DNA of 64,000 bases. Source: Eledone cirrhosa (Eukaryota). The stretch lies in the NCBI GenBank assembly GCA_964016885.1, contig OZ024742.1:9858001-9922000 (forward strand). The letters run 5' to 3'. A model generated the notes under the pieces. That model saw only the letters and a program-made list of their open reading frames with translations. It made no database searches and was not told the origin of the DNA. Each line of letters opens with the position of its first letter. Positions within the stretch are counted from its first letter, which is position 1. The translations under genes were made by a program, and so were the position numbers. Below are positions 25,232 through 37,626 of the stretch, piece after piece.

Positions 25232-26052
25232 ATACTATATTCATACATAGATACGCCTCTATCTGATATATGATTATATGGTAAAATCCTCATGTAAGGG
25301 GCTGAATATAATGTGAAACAATAAGTAAAAGGAATGATAGTAAGACTTCGCAACTGACGAAGGACTAATAAACATGAAATATAAATAAGTATTGGATTAT
25401 TTCTTGGAACAAAACAAAACTAAGAAAAAAGGAGTAAATTCGGGAAAAAACAAACTAAACTGATTACCATTACTGAATGTTTTCACATGTATTTATTGAT
25501 ATGTGGACATACTGTGTGTGTGTGTGTGTCTATGGGGTGTGCGTGTGTGTGTACATATATATATGGTATGTTTGTGTGTGTGTGTACATATGTGCTGCGT
25601 TTATGTGTGTGTGTGTGTATACATATATGGTATGTTTGTGTGTGCATGTGTGGCGCGTTTGTGTGTAAATATACATGTATTGGCTACGAGATATGTAGTG
25701 TGTGTGTGTTTTGGCTATTAGATATGTGTATGTGTGTGAATGAGTGTGTGTATGTGTATGTATTCAGCTGTATTCACTATTAGATATATGATGTGTGGTG
25801 TGTGTGTATGTATTGCTACAAAAACATGTACATACACCAAATACATGTGCTGTGTGTGTATGTGTGTGCGTGTATGTACGAGCTTTGGCTATTAATGTGA
25901 TGTTTGCATGTGTGTATGTGTGCATGTATGTATGTGTGTATGTATGTGTACGTGTGTATGCGTGTATGTGTGTATGCGTGTTTGTGTGTATGCGTGTATG
26001 TGCATGTGTGTATGTGTGTGTATATGTGTGTATGTGTGTATGTATATGTATG
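25018..26052. repeat. degenerate (TA)/(TG) microsatellite field
   Basis: Read directly from sequence. Confidence 0.9.
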
Positions 26053-26643
26053 TTCTATTACAATAGATACGTGATTGTCGTGGTACAGCTTTCATATTTC
26101 TTATATGTCTTATACATATATCACTTTATCGTGTTCTATGTACGTAAGTAATGTTTCGTTTATTTCAACTTACCGCTTGTTCTTCATATGCATTAGTGAT
26201 TAGATACACGCCATTTCCACATGTAAGTGCAATGTTTGTCTTTTGAATCAATGTGTGTGTATATATATGTATATATATCTGTTGCTCTTTCACTATATTT
26301 CACTGTGTATGTATTAATGTACGCGCGTATTATTGTTTCTCTTCTGTAAATTGTTGGAAATCATTCTTCCGTATTAACAAATTAACGAAATTAATTCTGG
26401 TTTCGTCTTTTCCACTTGCAGGAAAGTATTGGCCCTTGTTTGTAAGAAGACATTAAGAGAAATAGTTTTGCGCTACCATCATACAATCATCATGTAAATT
26501 GCAAGTTATTAGGAATATAGGGGAAAGCCTTTGTAAATGTATTGCATATTATGTTGTATACAAATAACTAAACTCTTAGCTTTTCAAACACACACAGACA
26601 CATAGGTGCATGCACACACACACACACGCACAGATACACAGAT

Positions 26644-26712
<69 letters not shown>

Positions 26713-26729
26713 TACACAGATGTATATAT

Positions 26730-26901
26730 ATAGGAAAAAGTATGACCCCGACGGCAGAGCTCAAGCCGTTTCGACGGCTATTTCTGGACTCTTTCTGGAA
26801 TCTATTTCTGGATACTTTTTCCTATTTCCCACTCTACTACTCTAAGTATTTAGTACTCTGGTGCGTTATGGTCCATCTGGTTCCTTACCACAATTCCTTT
26901 G

Positions 26902-26905
<4 letters not shown>
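26730..26905. mobile_element. short remnant of a family-B-related Penelope pLTR with inverted ends
   Basis: 26744-26790 matches 6597-6643 and 26820-26905 matches 9956-10040. Inverted ends taggaaaaagtat / atactttttccta. (TA)n flanks. Confidence 0.8.
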
Positions 26906-26951
<46 letters not shown>

Positions 26952-27173
26952 CATATTTATATTTCGTTTCTGAATTTGTTTAGCAAGATCTTTATCTGAA
27001 AACGTGTGTTGAAACCGATATTGTTATGCTTTGGGAGGGTCATGTTGCTTTCAAAGCAACTGGTGCGTGTGTTTCTTATTGGCAACATGACCCTCCCAAA
27101 GCATAACAATATATATATATATATGTATATCTGATGGATTCATATATATATAAATATATGTATGTATATATAC

Positions 27174-27204
<31 letters not shown>

Positions 27205-27445
27205 ATGTATGTGTGTGTGTGTGTGGTGTATGTGTGTGTGTATGTATGTGTGTGTGTGTGTGTGTGTATGTGTGTGTGGCTGAGTTGGATCTCGCGGTTG
27301 GTGTGGATTGTAGATAAATCGTTTACTTTTGGTTGGGTTCGTAGTTGGCTTCGTTTTAATATAGATGTATTTATGTTCAAGTTAATGCAATTTAGGTCTT
27401 GATTATACACACACACATACACACACGCACAAACACACACACATA

Positions 27446-27487
<42 letters not shown>

Positions 27488-29074
27488 TGTGTGTGTGTCA
27501 TGTAAAAATTAATAAATCACTCCTATAAGATATAAGTATATTACTCAGCTTCTATCAGAATCCTTTTAAACTATATTATGTGGCTTCTATTAAGTATTGC
27601 AAACTAATTTGAAATTCATTAAAAAAAGCGCCATTTTATATTACATTCTTTTACCATTTTCCTAACGTTTTAATATATTTCTAATTTTATCTAGAATATC
27701 CTAGACTGAAAGGTCAGCTGTCCTTCCCATCACAAGTGGAAGGCCTTCAGTTTATATATTCCTTAATAATTCAACTGCATACATATTAAATGTAAGGGTT
27801 AACATTAAACAATATCGAACTCAACTGTATGAACAGGATACAGAAGTAAGGTAAATTTTTGCGACAAGTTTGCTAAACTCTTTATATAAAGGAAGTGAAT
27901 TGTCTTTGTAGTTAGGCCTCAGATAGAATATATTCTGGTTCTTTGTACACTCCCCATCTAATCTCACCGAAATCAATTTTCTATTTGATTAATTATGATT
28001 CGATAAAATAATGTACCAATCTGTGTAATGTATTGGAAGAATTCTAAAAGAGTCGGGCCAGGTGATTCACAGTATTGTTTTTTCAGCGCGTTGCCTTCTG
28101 AGTTAAAATTCTACTCAGTCATTTTAGTTCTACCGATGGCTAAGGATAATCACCCAACCACAAGACCACAACTGATTATGAGGATTGTATGAGGCATGTA
28201 AGAGGATTGTTGCGATCAACTAATCATTCACATAAACATCCAAGACTGATTCTTAAGTCTTATAGCATCTATGCGGACTACATGTATTGTTAAAGTCCTG
28301 AAAAAATATGCCATCTTAAATCCACAGTTTCAGCCACAATGGTGACATCACTTATGAAGTAGAAGGGTAAGTAAATCTCCCGCTCAATTCAACAGGATAT
28401 ATCTATAAATATTCTGTTTTGCTCCTCAAAACTGATCGTTCAATTTGTTCACTCCGTTCTACATAGAGCTACTTCCAACTTATTATTCCTTTTTGCTCAC
28501 ATATTCTTTATAGGCCAATAAACTACAGAAGTTCGATTTGAATACAACTACATTGATCATCTAAAGAATAAAGATACTGGAAGATTCACGCAGGTTGTTT
28601 CTTCCTCCTTTGATGAAATAATGTATAAAGTCGTAATACTTTCCCTCGTCTTTCAAATTGGAAATAATCATAGTAAATAATATATGACATTTAAATACTC
28701 CGCATATATTTTGACATTTGCATTTTTAACTTCCAACTGTTGTGGTCTTTTATATTTTAGTACACTCCCAGGCAAATTGCAATTGCAGTAATATTTTTTT
28801 CGAGAAGACAAACCGCTTGACAACATCGAATTTAAATTATAATTTTCTTCATCTGAATAAACAAAGCAATTTCATGCGAGCAAGAAGTATTTAACAAAAA
28901 ACCTTATATTTATAGACTTTAACCTTTTACTGGTTTCAGATATTTTACTGTAACCATGATGGGGCGTCGCTATGAATTAGACTGCATTAAATTTATTATA
29001 ATTCGCCAGACATTTAGAATAAACTGAAACATTATTTAAGACAAACAAATATATATTGGTTCAGACGTTGTTAC

Positions 29075-32000
29075 ATTGCTGCTATCGTTGTTAGAACCAG
29101 GTTTTCCATGATTGTACAGATCTATGATGAAACTGATAGCATTTCTGACTATATCGTCTGTTTGTTGCTATTGGTGTTAGAACAAGGTTCACTATGATAG
29201 AACACTATATCTGACTATGTCGTCTGTTGCTATTATTGTTAGAACAAGGTTCACCATGATAGATCAGTATATCTGACTATGTCATCTGTTGCTATTGTTG
29301 TTAGAACCAGGTTCACCATGATAGAACAGTATATCTGACTATCTCATCTGTTGTTATTGTGGTTAGAACCAGGTTCACCATTTTAGAACGGTATATCTGA
29401 CTATGTCATCTGTTGCTATTGATGTTAGAACCAGGTTCACCTTGATAGATCAGTATATCTGACTATGTCATCTGTTGCTCTTGTTGTTAGAACCAGGTTC
29501 ACCATGATAGAACAGTATATCTGACTATAGCGTCTGTTGCTATTGTTGGTAGAACATGGTTCACCATGACAGAACAGTATGTCTGACTATGTCATCTGTT
29601 GCTCTTGTTGTTAGAACCAGGTTCACCATGATAGAACAGTATATCTAACAATGACATCTGTTGCTACTGGTGTTAGAACCAGGTTTTCTATGATTGTACA
29701 GATCTATGATGAAACTTATAGCATATCTGACTATATCGTCTATTTGTTTCTATTGGTGTTAGAACCAGGTTCAACATGATAGAACAGTATATCTGACTAT
29801 ATCGTCTGTTGATATTATTGTTAGAACCAGGTGCAGCATGATAGAATAGTATATCTGATTATGTCATCTGTTGCTATTGTTGTTAGAACCAGGTTCACCA
29901 TGATAGAACAGTATATCTGATTATGTCAACTGTTGCTATTGTTGTTAGAACCAGGTTCACCATGATAGAACAGTATATATGACAATGTCATCTGATGCTT
30001 TTGTTGTTAGAACCAGGTTCGCCATGATAGAACAGTATATCAGATTATGTCATCTGTTTCTATTGTTGTTAGAACCAGGTTCACTATGATAGAACAGTAT
30101 ATCACACTTTATCATCTGTTGCTAATTTTGTTAGAACCAGGTTCACCATGATAGAACAGTATATCACACTTTATCATCTGTTGATATTGGTGTTAGAACC
30201 AGTTTCACTATGATATAACAGTATATCTGATTATGTCATCTGTTGCTATTGTTGTTAAAACTAGGTTCACCATGATAGAACAGTATATCTGACTATGTCA
30301 TCTGTTGCTATTGATGTTAGAACCAGGTTCACCAAGATAGATCAGTATGTCTGACTATGTCATCTGTTGCTCTTGTTGTTAGAACCAGGTTCACCATGAT
30401 AGAACAGTATATCTGACTATAGCGTCTGTTGCTATTGTTGGTAGAACATGGTTCACCATGACAGAACAGTATGTCTGACTATGTCATCTGTTGCTCTTGT
30501 TGTTAGAACCAGGTTCACCATGATAGAACAGTATATCTGACAATGACATCTGTTGCTACTGGTGTTAGAACCAGGTTTTCTATGAGTGTACAGATCTATG
30601 ATGAAACTTATAGCATATCTGACTATATCGTCTATTTGTTTCTATTGGTGTTAGAACCAGGTTCAACATGATAGAACAGTATATCTGACTATATCGTCTG
30701 TTGCTATTATTGTTAGAACCAGGTGCACCTTGATAGAATACTATATCTGACTATGTCATCTGTTGCTATTGTTGTTAGAACCAGGTTCGCCATGATAGAA
30801 CAGTATATCTGATTATGTCATCTGTTGCTATTGTTGTTAGAACCAGGTTCACCATGATAGAACAGTATATATGACAATGTCCTCTGTTGCTATAGGTGTT
30901 AGAACCAGGTTCACCATCATAGAACAGTATATCAGACTATATCGTCTGTAGCTATTGGTGCTAGAACCTGGTTTTCCATGATAGAACAGTATATGACACT
31001 TTATCATGTTGCTATTGTTGTTAGAACCTGGTTCACTATGATAGAACAGTATATCACACTTTATCATCTGTTGTTATTGGTGTAAGAACCAGGTTCACTA
31101 TGATAGAACAGTATATCACACTTTATCATCTGTTGTTATTGGTGTTAGAACCAGGTTCACTATGATAGAACAGTATATCTGATTATGTTATCTGTTGCTA
31201 TTGTTGTTAGAACCAGGTTCACCATGATAGAACAGCATATCTGACAATGTCATCTGATGCTTTTGTTGTTAGAACCAGGTTCGACATGATAGAACGGTAT
31301 ATCTGATAATGTCATCTGTTTCTATTGTTGTTAGAACCAGGTTCACCATGATAGAACAGTATATATGACAATGTCATCTGTTGCTATTTTTGGTAGAACA
31401 TGGTTCACCATGATAGAACAGTATATCTGACTATGTCATCTGTTGCTATAGGTGTTAGAGCCAGGTTCACCATCATAGAACAGTATATCAGACTATGTCG
31501 TCTGTATCTATTGGTGTTAGAACCTGGTTTTCCATGATAGAACAGTATATCACACTTTATCATCTGTTGCTATTGTTGTTAGAACCTGGTTCACTATGAT
31601 AGAACACTATATCACACTTTATCATCTGTTGCTATTGGTGTTAGAACCTGGTTCACTATGATAGAACAGTATATCACACTTTATCATCTCTTGCTATTGG
31701 TGTTAGAACCAGTTTCACTATGATATAGCAGTATATCTGATTATGTCATCTGTTGCTATTGTTGTTAAAACTAGGTTCACCATGATAGAACAGTATATCT
31801 GACTATGTCATCTGTTGCTATTGATGTTAGAACCAGGTTCACCAAGATAGATCAGTATGTCTGACTATGTCATCTGTTGCTCTTGTTGTTAGAACCAGGT
31901 TCACCATGATAGAACAGTATATCTGACTATAGCGTCTGTTGCTATTGTTGGTAGAACATGGTTCACCATGACAGAACAGTATGTCTGACTATGTCATCTG

Positions 32001-35000
32001 TTGCTCTTGTTGTTAGAACCAGGTTCACCATGATAAAACAGTATATTTGACAATGACATCTGTTGCTACTGGTGTTAGAACCAGGTTTTCTATGAGTGTA
32101 CAGATCTATGATGAAACTTATAGCATATCTGACTATATCGTCTATTTGTTTCTATTGGTGTTAGAACCAGGTTCAACAGGATAGAACAGTATATCTGACT
32201 ATATCGTCTGTTGCTATTGTGGTTAGAACCAGGTTCACCATGATAGAATAGTATATATGATTATGTCATCTGTTGCTATTGTTGTTAGAACCAGGTGCAC
32301 CTTGATAGAATAGTATATCTGACTATGTCATCTGTTGCTATTGTTGTTAGAACCAGGTTCGCCATGATAGAACAGTATATCTGATTATGTCATCTGTTGC
32401 TATTGTGGTTAGAACCAGGTTCACCATGATAGAATAGTATATCTGATTATGTCATCTGTTGCTATTGTTGTTAGAACCAGGTTTACCAAGATAGAACAGT
32501 ATATCTGACAATGTCATCTGCTTCTATTGTCGTTAGAACCAGGCTCGCCATGATAGAACGGTATATCTGAATATGTCATCTGTTGCTATTGTGGTTAGAA
32601 CCAGGTTCACCATGATAGAATAGTATATCTGATTATGTCATCTGTTGCTATTGTGGTTAGAACCAGGTTCACCATGATAGAACAGTATACCTGAGTATGT
32701 CATCTGTTGCTTCTGTTGTTAGAACCAGGTTCAGCATGATAGAACAGTATATCTGACAATGACATCTGTTGCTATTGGTGTAAAGGACCATGTTCACCAT
32801 GTTAGAACAGTATATCTGAGTATGTGGTCTGTTGCTAATGGTGTTAGAACCAGGTTCACCATGATAGAACAGTATATCTGACTATGTCATCTGTTGCTAT
32901 TGGTGTTAGAACCAGGTTCACCATGATAGAACAGTATATCTGACAATGTGATCTGTTGCTATTGTTGTTAGAACCAGATTCACCATGATAGAACAGTATA
33001 TCTGACTATATCGTCTGTTTGTTACTATTGGTGTAGAACCAGATTCACTATGATAGAACAGTATATCTGACTATGTCATCTGTTGCTAGTGTTGTTAGAA
33101 CCAGGGTTACCAAGATAGAACAGTATATCTGATTATGTCATCTGTTGCTATTGTTGTTAGAACCAGGTTCACTATGATAGAACAGTACATCTGATTATGT
33201 CATCTGTTGCTATTGTTGTTAGAACCAGGTTCACCATGATAGAATAGTATATCTGGCTATATCGTCAGTTGCTATTGTTGGTAGAACATGGTTCACCATG
33301 ATAGAACAGTATATCTGATTATGTCATCTGTTGCTTCTGTTGTTAGAACCAGGTTCACCATGATAAAGCAGTATATCTGACAATAACAGCTGTTGCTATT
33401 GGTGTTAGAACCAGGTTTTCCATGATAGAAAAGTATATCTGACAATGACATCTGTTGCTATCGTTGTTAGAATCAGGTTTTCTATAATTGTACAGATCTA
33501 AGATGAAACTGATAGCATATCTGACTATATCGTCTATTTGTTGCTATTGTTGTTAGAACCAGGTTCACCATGATAGAACAGTATATCTGACTATGTCATC
33601 TGTTGCTATTGTTGTTAGAACCAGGTTCGCCATGATAGAGCAGTATATCTGAATATGTCATCTGTTGCTATTGTTGTTAGAACCAGGTTCACCATGATAG
33701 AACAGTATATCTGGCTATATCGTCTGTTGCTATTGTTGGTAGAACATGGTTCACCATGATAGATCAGTATAACTGACTATGACATCTGTTGCTTCTATTG
33801 TTAGAACCAGGCTCACCATGATAGAGCAGTATATCTGGCTATATCGTCTGTTGCTTCTGTTGTTAGAACCAGGATCACCATGATAGAACAGTATATTTGA
33901 CAATGACATCTGTTGCTATTGGTGTTAGAACCAGGTTTTCTATGATTGTACAGATCTATGATGAAACTGATAGCATATCTGACTAGATCGTCTGTTTGTT
34001 ACTATTGGTGTTAGAACCAGATTCACTATGATAGAACAGTATATCTGACAATGTCATCTGTTGCTATTGTTGTTAGAACCAGGTTCACCATGATAGAACA
34101 GTATGTCTGACTATGTCCTCTGTTGCTATTGTTGTTAGAACCTGGTTCACCATGATAGAACAGTATAACTGACAATGTCTTCTGCTTCTATTGTTATTAG
34201 AACCAGGTTCGCCATGATAGAACGGTATATCTGAATATGTCATCTGTTGCTATTGTTGTTAGAACCAGGTTTACCAAGATAGAACAGCATATCTGACTAT
34301 ATCAACTGTTGTTTTTGTTTTTAGAACTACGTTCACCATGATAGAACAGTATATCTGACTATGTCATTTGTTGCTATTGTTTTTAGAACCAGATTCACCA
34401 TGATAGAACAGTATATCACACTATATCATCTGTTGCTATTGTTGTTGGAACCAGGTTCACCTTGATAGATCAGTATATCTGACAATGACATCTGTTGCTA
34501 TTGGTGTTAGGACCATGTTCACCATGATAGAACAGTATATCTGAGTATGTCATCTGTTGCTATTGGTGTTAGAACCAGGTTCACCATGATAGAACAGTAT
34601 ATCTGACAATGTGATCTGTTGCTATTGTTGATAGAACCAGATTCACCATGATAGAACAGTATATCTGACTAGATCGTCTGTTTGTTACTATTGCTGTAGA
34701 ACCAGATTCACTATGATAGAACAGTATATCTGACAATGACATCTGTTGCTATTGGTGTTAGGACCATGTTCACCATGATAGAACAGTACATCTGATTATG
34801 TCATCTGTTGCTATTGTTGTTAGAACCAGGTTCGCCATGATAGATCAGTATATCTGATTAAGTCATCTGTTGCTATTGTTGTTAGAACCAGGTTTACCAA
34901 GATAGAACAGTATATCTGACTATGTCACCTGTTGCTATTGTTGTTAGAACCAGGTTCACCATGATAGAACAGCATATCTGACTATGTCATCTGTTGTTAT

Positions 35001-36045
35001 TGTTGTTAGAACCAGGTTCACCATGATAGAACAGCATATCTGACTATGTCACCTGTTGCTATTGTTGTTAGAACCAGGTTCACCTTGATAGTTCAGTATA
35101 TATGACTATGTCATCTGTTGTTATTGTCGTTAGAACCAGGTTCACCATGATAGAACAGAATATCACACTATATCATATGTATCTATTGTTGTTAGAACCA
35201 GGTTCACCTTGATAGATCAGTATATCTGACTATGTCATCTGTTGCTATTGTTGTTAGAACCAGGTTCACCATGATAGATCAGCATATCACACTATATCAT
35301 CTGTTGCTATTTTTGTTAGAACCAGATTCACCTTGATAGATCAGTATATATGACTATGTCATCTGTTGCTATGGGTGTTAGAACCAGGTTCGCCATCTTA
35401 GAACCTTATATCTGACTATGTCATGTGTTGCTTTTGTTGTTAGAACAGTAATAGAGAAGACCCGCCTTACCTAAATACATAGTAAACCCTACTACAGTTA
35501 GTAGGCATCTCTAACAAAATACACCCCCGTCCCACCACCCCCACCCCATCCACACCGCCCCCTTCTATGTAAAGTTATGTTGGTGCCACACCATCCAGGC
35601 CGAAACAAATGAGATCATGTAGGTGTCACGACAAAAAAACACACAGTCCACGCTGGAATGTGGCCGTGTAGGCAACACGGTAAAAACCTCCCAGACCCAC
35701 ACTGTAAATGTGGTTGGTGTTAGGAAGGGCATCCAGCTGTAGAAAACCCGCCAGACAGTCCTATGCGAGCAAGACAATCACTCTTGCCTCAAGTGGGAAA
35801 ACCCCCATCCAAACCCATGCAAGCGTGGAACACGGACGTTAAACGTTGATGATGATGATGATGATGAACCAGGTTCACCATTATAGAACAGTATATCTGA
35901 CTATATCATCTGTTGCTATTGTTGTTAGAACCAGGTTCACCATGATAAAACTGTATATCTGACTATGTCATCTGTTGCTATTGTTGTTAGAACCAGGTTC
36001 ACCATGATAGAACAGTATATCTGACTATGTCATCTGCTTCTATTC
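29075..36045. repeat. 62-bp satellite array (~100 units) with occasional longer variant units; interrupted by a LINE fragment
   Basis: Unit tgttagaaccaggttcaccatgatagaacagtatatctgactatgtcatctgttgctattgt; period 62. Confidence 0.97.
35448..35865 (+). mobile_element. 3' fragment of the RTE LINE (last ORF codons, 3' UTR, (GAT)n tail)
   Basis: Near-identical to 39114-39537. Confidence 0.92.
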
Positions 36046-36512
36046 CAGGGAAAGTTTTCCTTTCTTATTTTCTTCTTTCCTTATTTAAAAACATACTTGT
36101 CATTTAAGATAGATTTGTCTGCTATTTCTTACTGATTGAACATCTGAATAGATGTTCTATGACTCTCTCGTACGTGTGAGGTGGTGTTTCTGTGTATGTT
36201 TCTATGTGCTGGAATTTATATGTAGAAATGAGTATGTGCATATATATATAATTTTGATAACTTTGATAGGTTTCAGTCAGTATTGGACCAAAGCATGTCT
36301 AACTGAATAGAACTACCATATATACATATATATATATACATACATACATACATGTACGATATGTTAACGTTATGTGCGTCAGGCCACGGCCTCTTGTTGC
36401 TTACCTGTTAGAATTTCTATTTCTCATTGTGTTATCTATAAATTCTATTAAAAATAGAATATTTCTTGTTGACCTAGGAAGATTCATTTATAACTTAATT
36501 TTATTATTATCA

Positions 36513-36690
36513 TTGGCAGTATCGGTAGAGGGTCGGACGCTATGCTTTGACGCATAGAGTTACGGCCCTTGCCATTCTGAGTTTGAATCCCGCCGAGGTT
36601 AACTTTGCCTTTCATCCTTACAGGGTCGATAAAATAAAGTACCAGTAATGCACTAGGGCAATCGGTGGCTTTGTGCCAAAGGTAGAAACT
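36513..36690 (+). mobile_element. SINE
   Basis: ttggcagtatcggtagagggtcggacgc...ctgagtttgaatcccgccgaggttaactttgcc...gtagaaac. Confidence 0.9.
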
Positions 36691-36692
36691 CT

Positions 36693-36882
36693 AAGGCGGT
36701 GGATTGGCAGTGTCGGCAGACGGTCTGACACCATGCTTTGCAGCATAGAGTTATGGCCCTTTGTATTCTGAGTTCAAATACCTTTCATCCTTATTGGGTC
36801 GATAAAATAAAGTACCAGTAATGCACTGCGATGATTTCTGGCCTTGTGCTAAAAGTAGAAACAATATTATTATTATTATTTT
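36693..36882 (+). mobile_element. SINE, tandem copy with internal deletion and (ATT)n tail
   Basis: aaggcggtggattggcagtgtcggcaga...ctgagttcaaatacctttcatcc...gtagaaacaatattattatt. Confidence 0.9.
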
Positions 36883-36923
36883 CATATCTATATATATCTA
36901 TACATATACACATATACACATAT

Positions 36924-36987
<64 letters not shown>

Positions 36988-37051
36988 AATATATATATGT
37001 ATATATATATAAATATATATATGTATATATATATAAATATATATATATATT

Positions 37052-37086
<35 letters not shown>

Positions 37087-37097
37087 ATATATATATG

Positions 37098-37526
37098 CAA
37101 AAGTTCTATTTAAATTGTTGGGATACAACAAGCAAATATTTTTATAACTGATATAAAGCACTCAAGAAGTATTTGGAGTAAACATACGATATTAACAAAT
37201 GGAAACTATATTTATAAAACCATATTTATTTCATTATACATATTTGAAGGACACCAAGTTAAATTATGGTGTGCTTTCATCAGACAAAATATAATATAGA
37301 TCAGTTTTATAAATAAATATTAACATACCCTTAAAAAATGCAACTATCCGGGAGCTTCGAACAGTAATATTTGCATTTTTTAAGGGTATGTCAATATTTA
37401 TTTTTAAAACTGATCTATATTATATTTTGTCTGATGAAAGCACACCTTAACTTAACTTGGTGTCCTTGAAATATGTATAATGAAATAAATATGGTTTTAT
37501 AAATATAGTTTCCATTTGTTAATATC

Positions 37527-37530
<4 letters not shown>
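37098..37530. mobile_element. ORF-less palindromic insertion (inverted PLE pLTR pair) in (TA)n
   Basis: 37186-37343 is inverted at 37371-37528 with a 27-bp spacer. The left arm has ~88 extra bp. An HHR core is present in both arms. Confidence 0.8.
37423..37486 (+). ncRNA. type I hammerhead ribozyme fold
   Basis: tattttgt CTGATGA aagcacacc-loop-ggtgtcctt GAAAT atgt ATA atgaaata. Stems I, II and III can all pair. The mirror copy has GAAA>CAAA. Confidence 0.7.
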
Positions 37531-37567
<37 letters not shown>

Positions 37568-37570
37568 AAA

Positions 37571-37601
<31 letters not shown>

Positions 37602-37626
37602 AATATATAAATATATATATATATAT

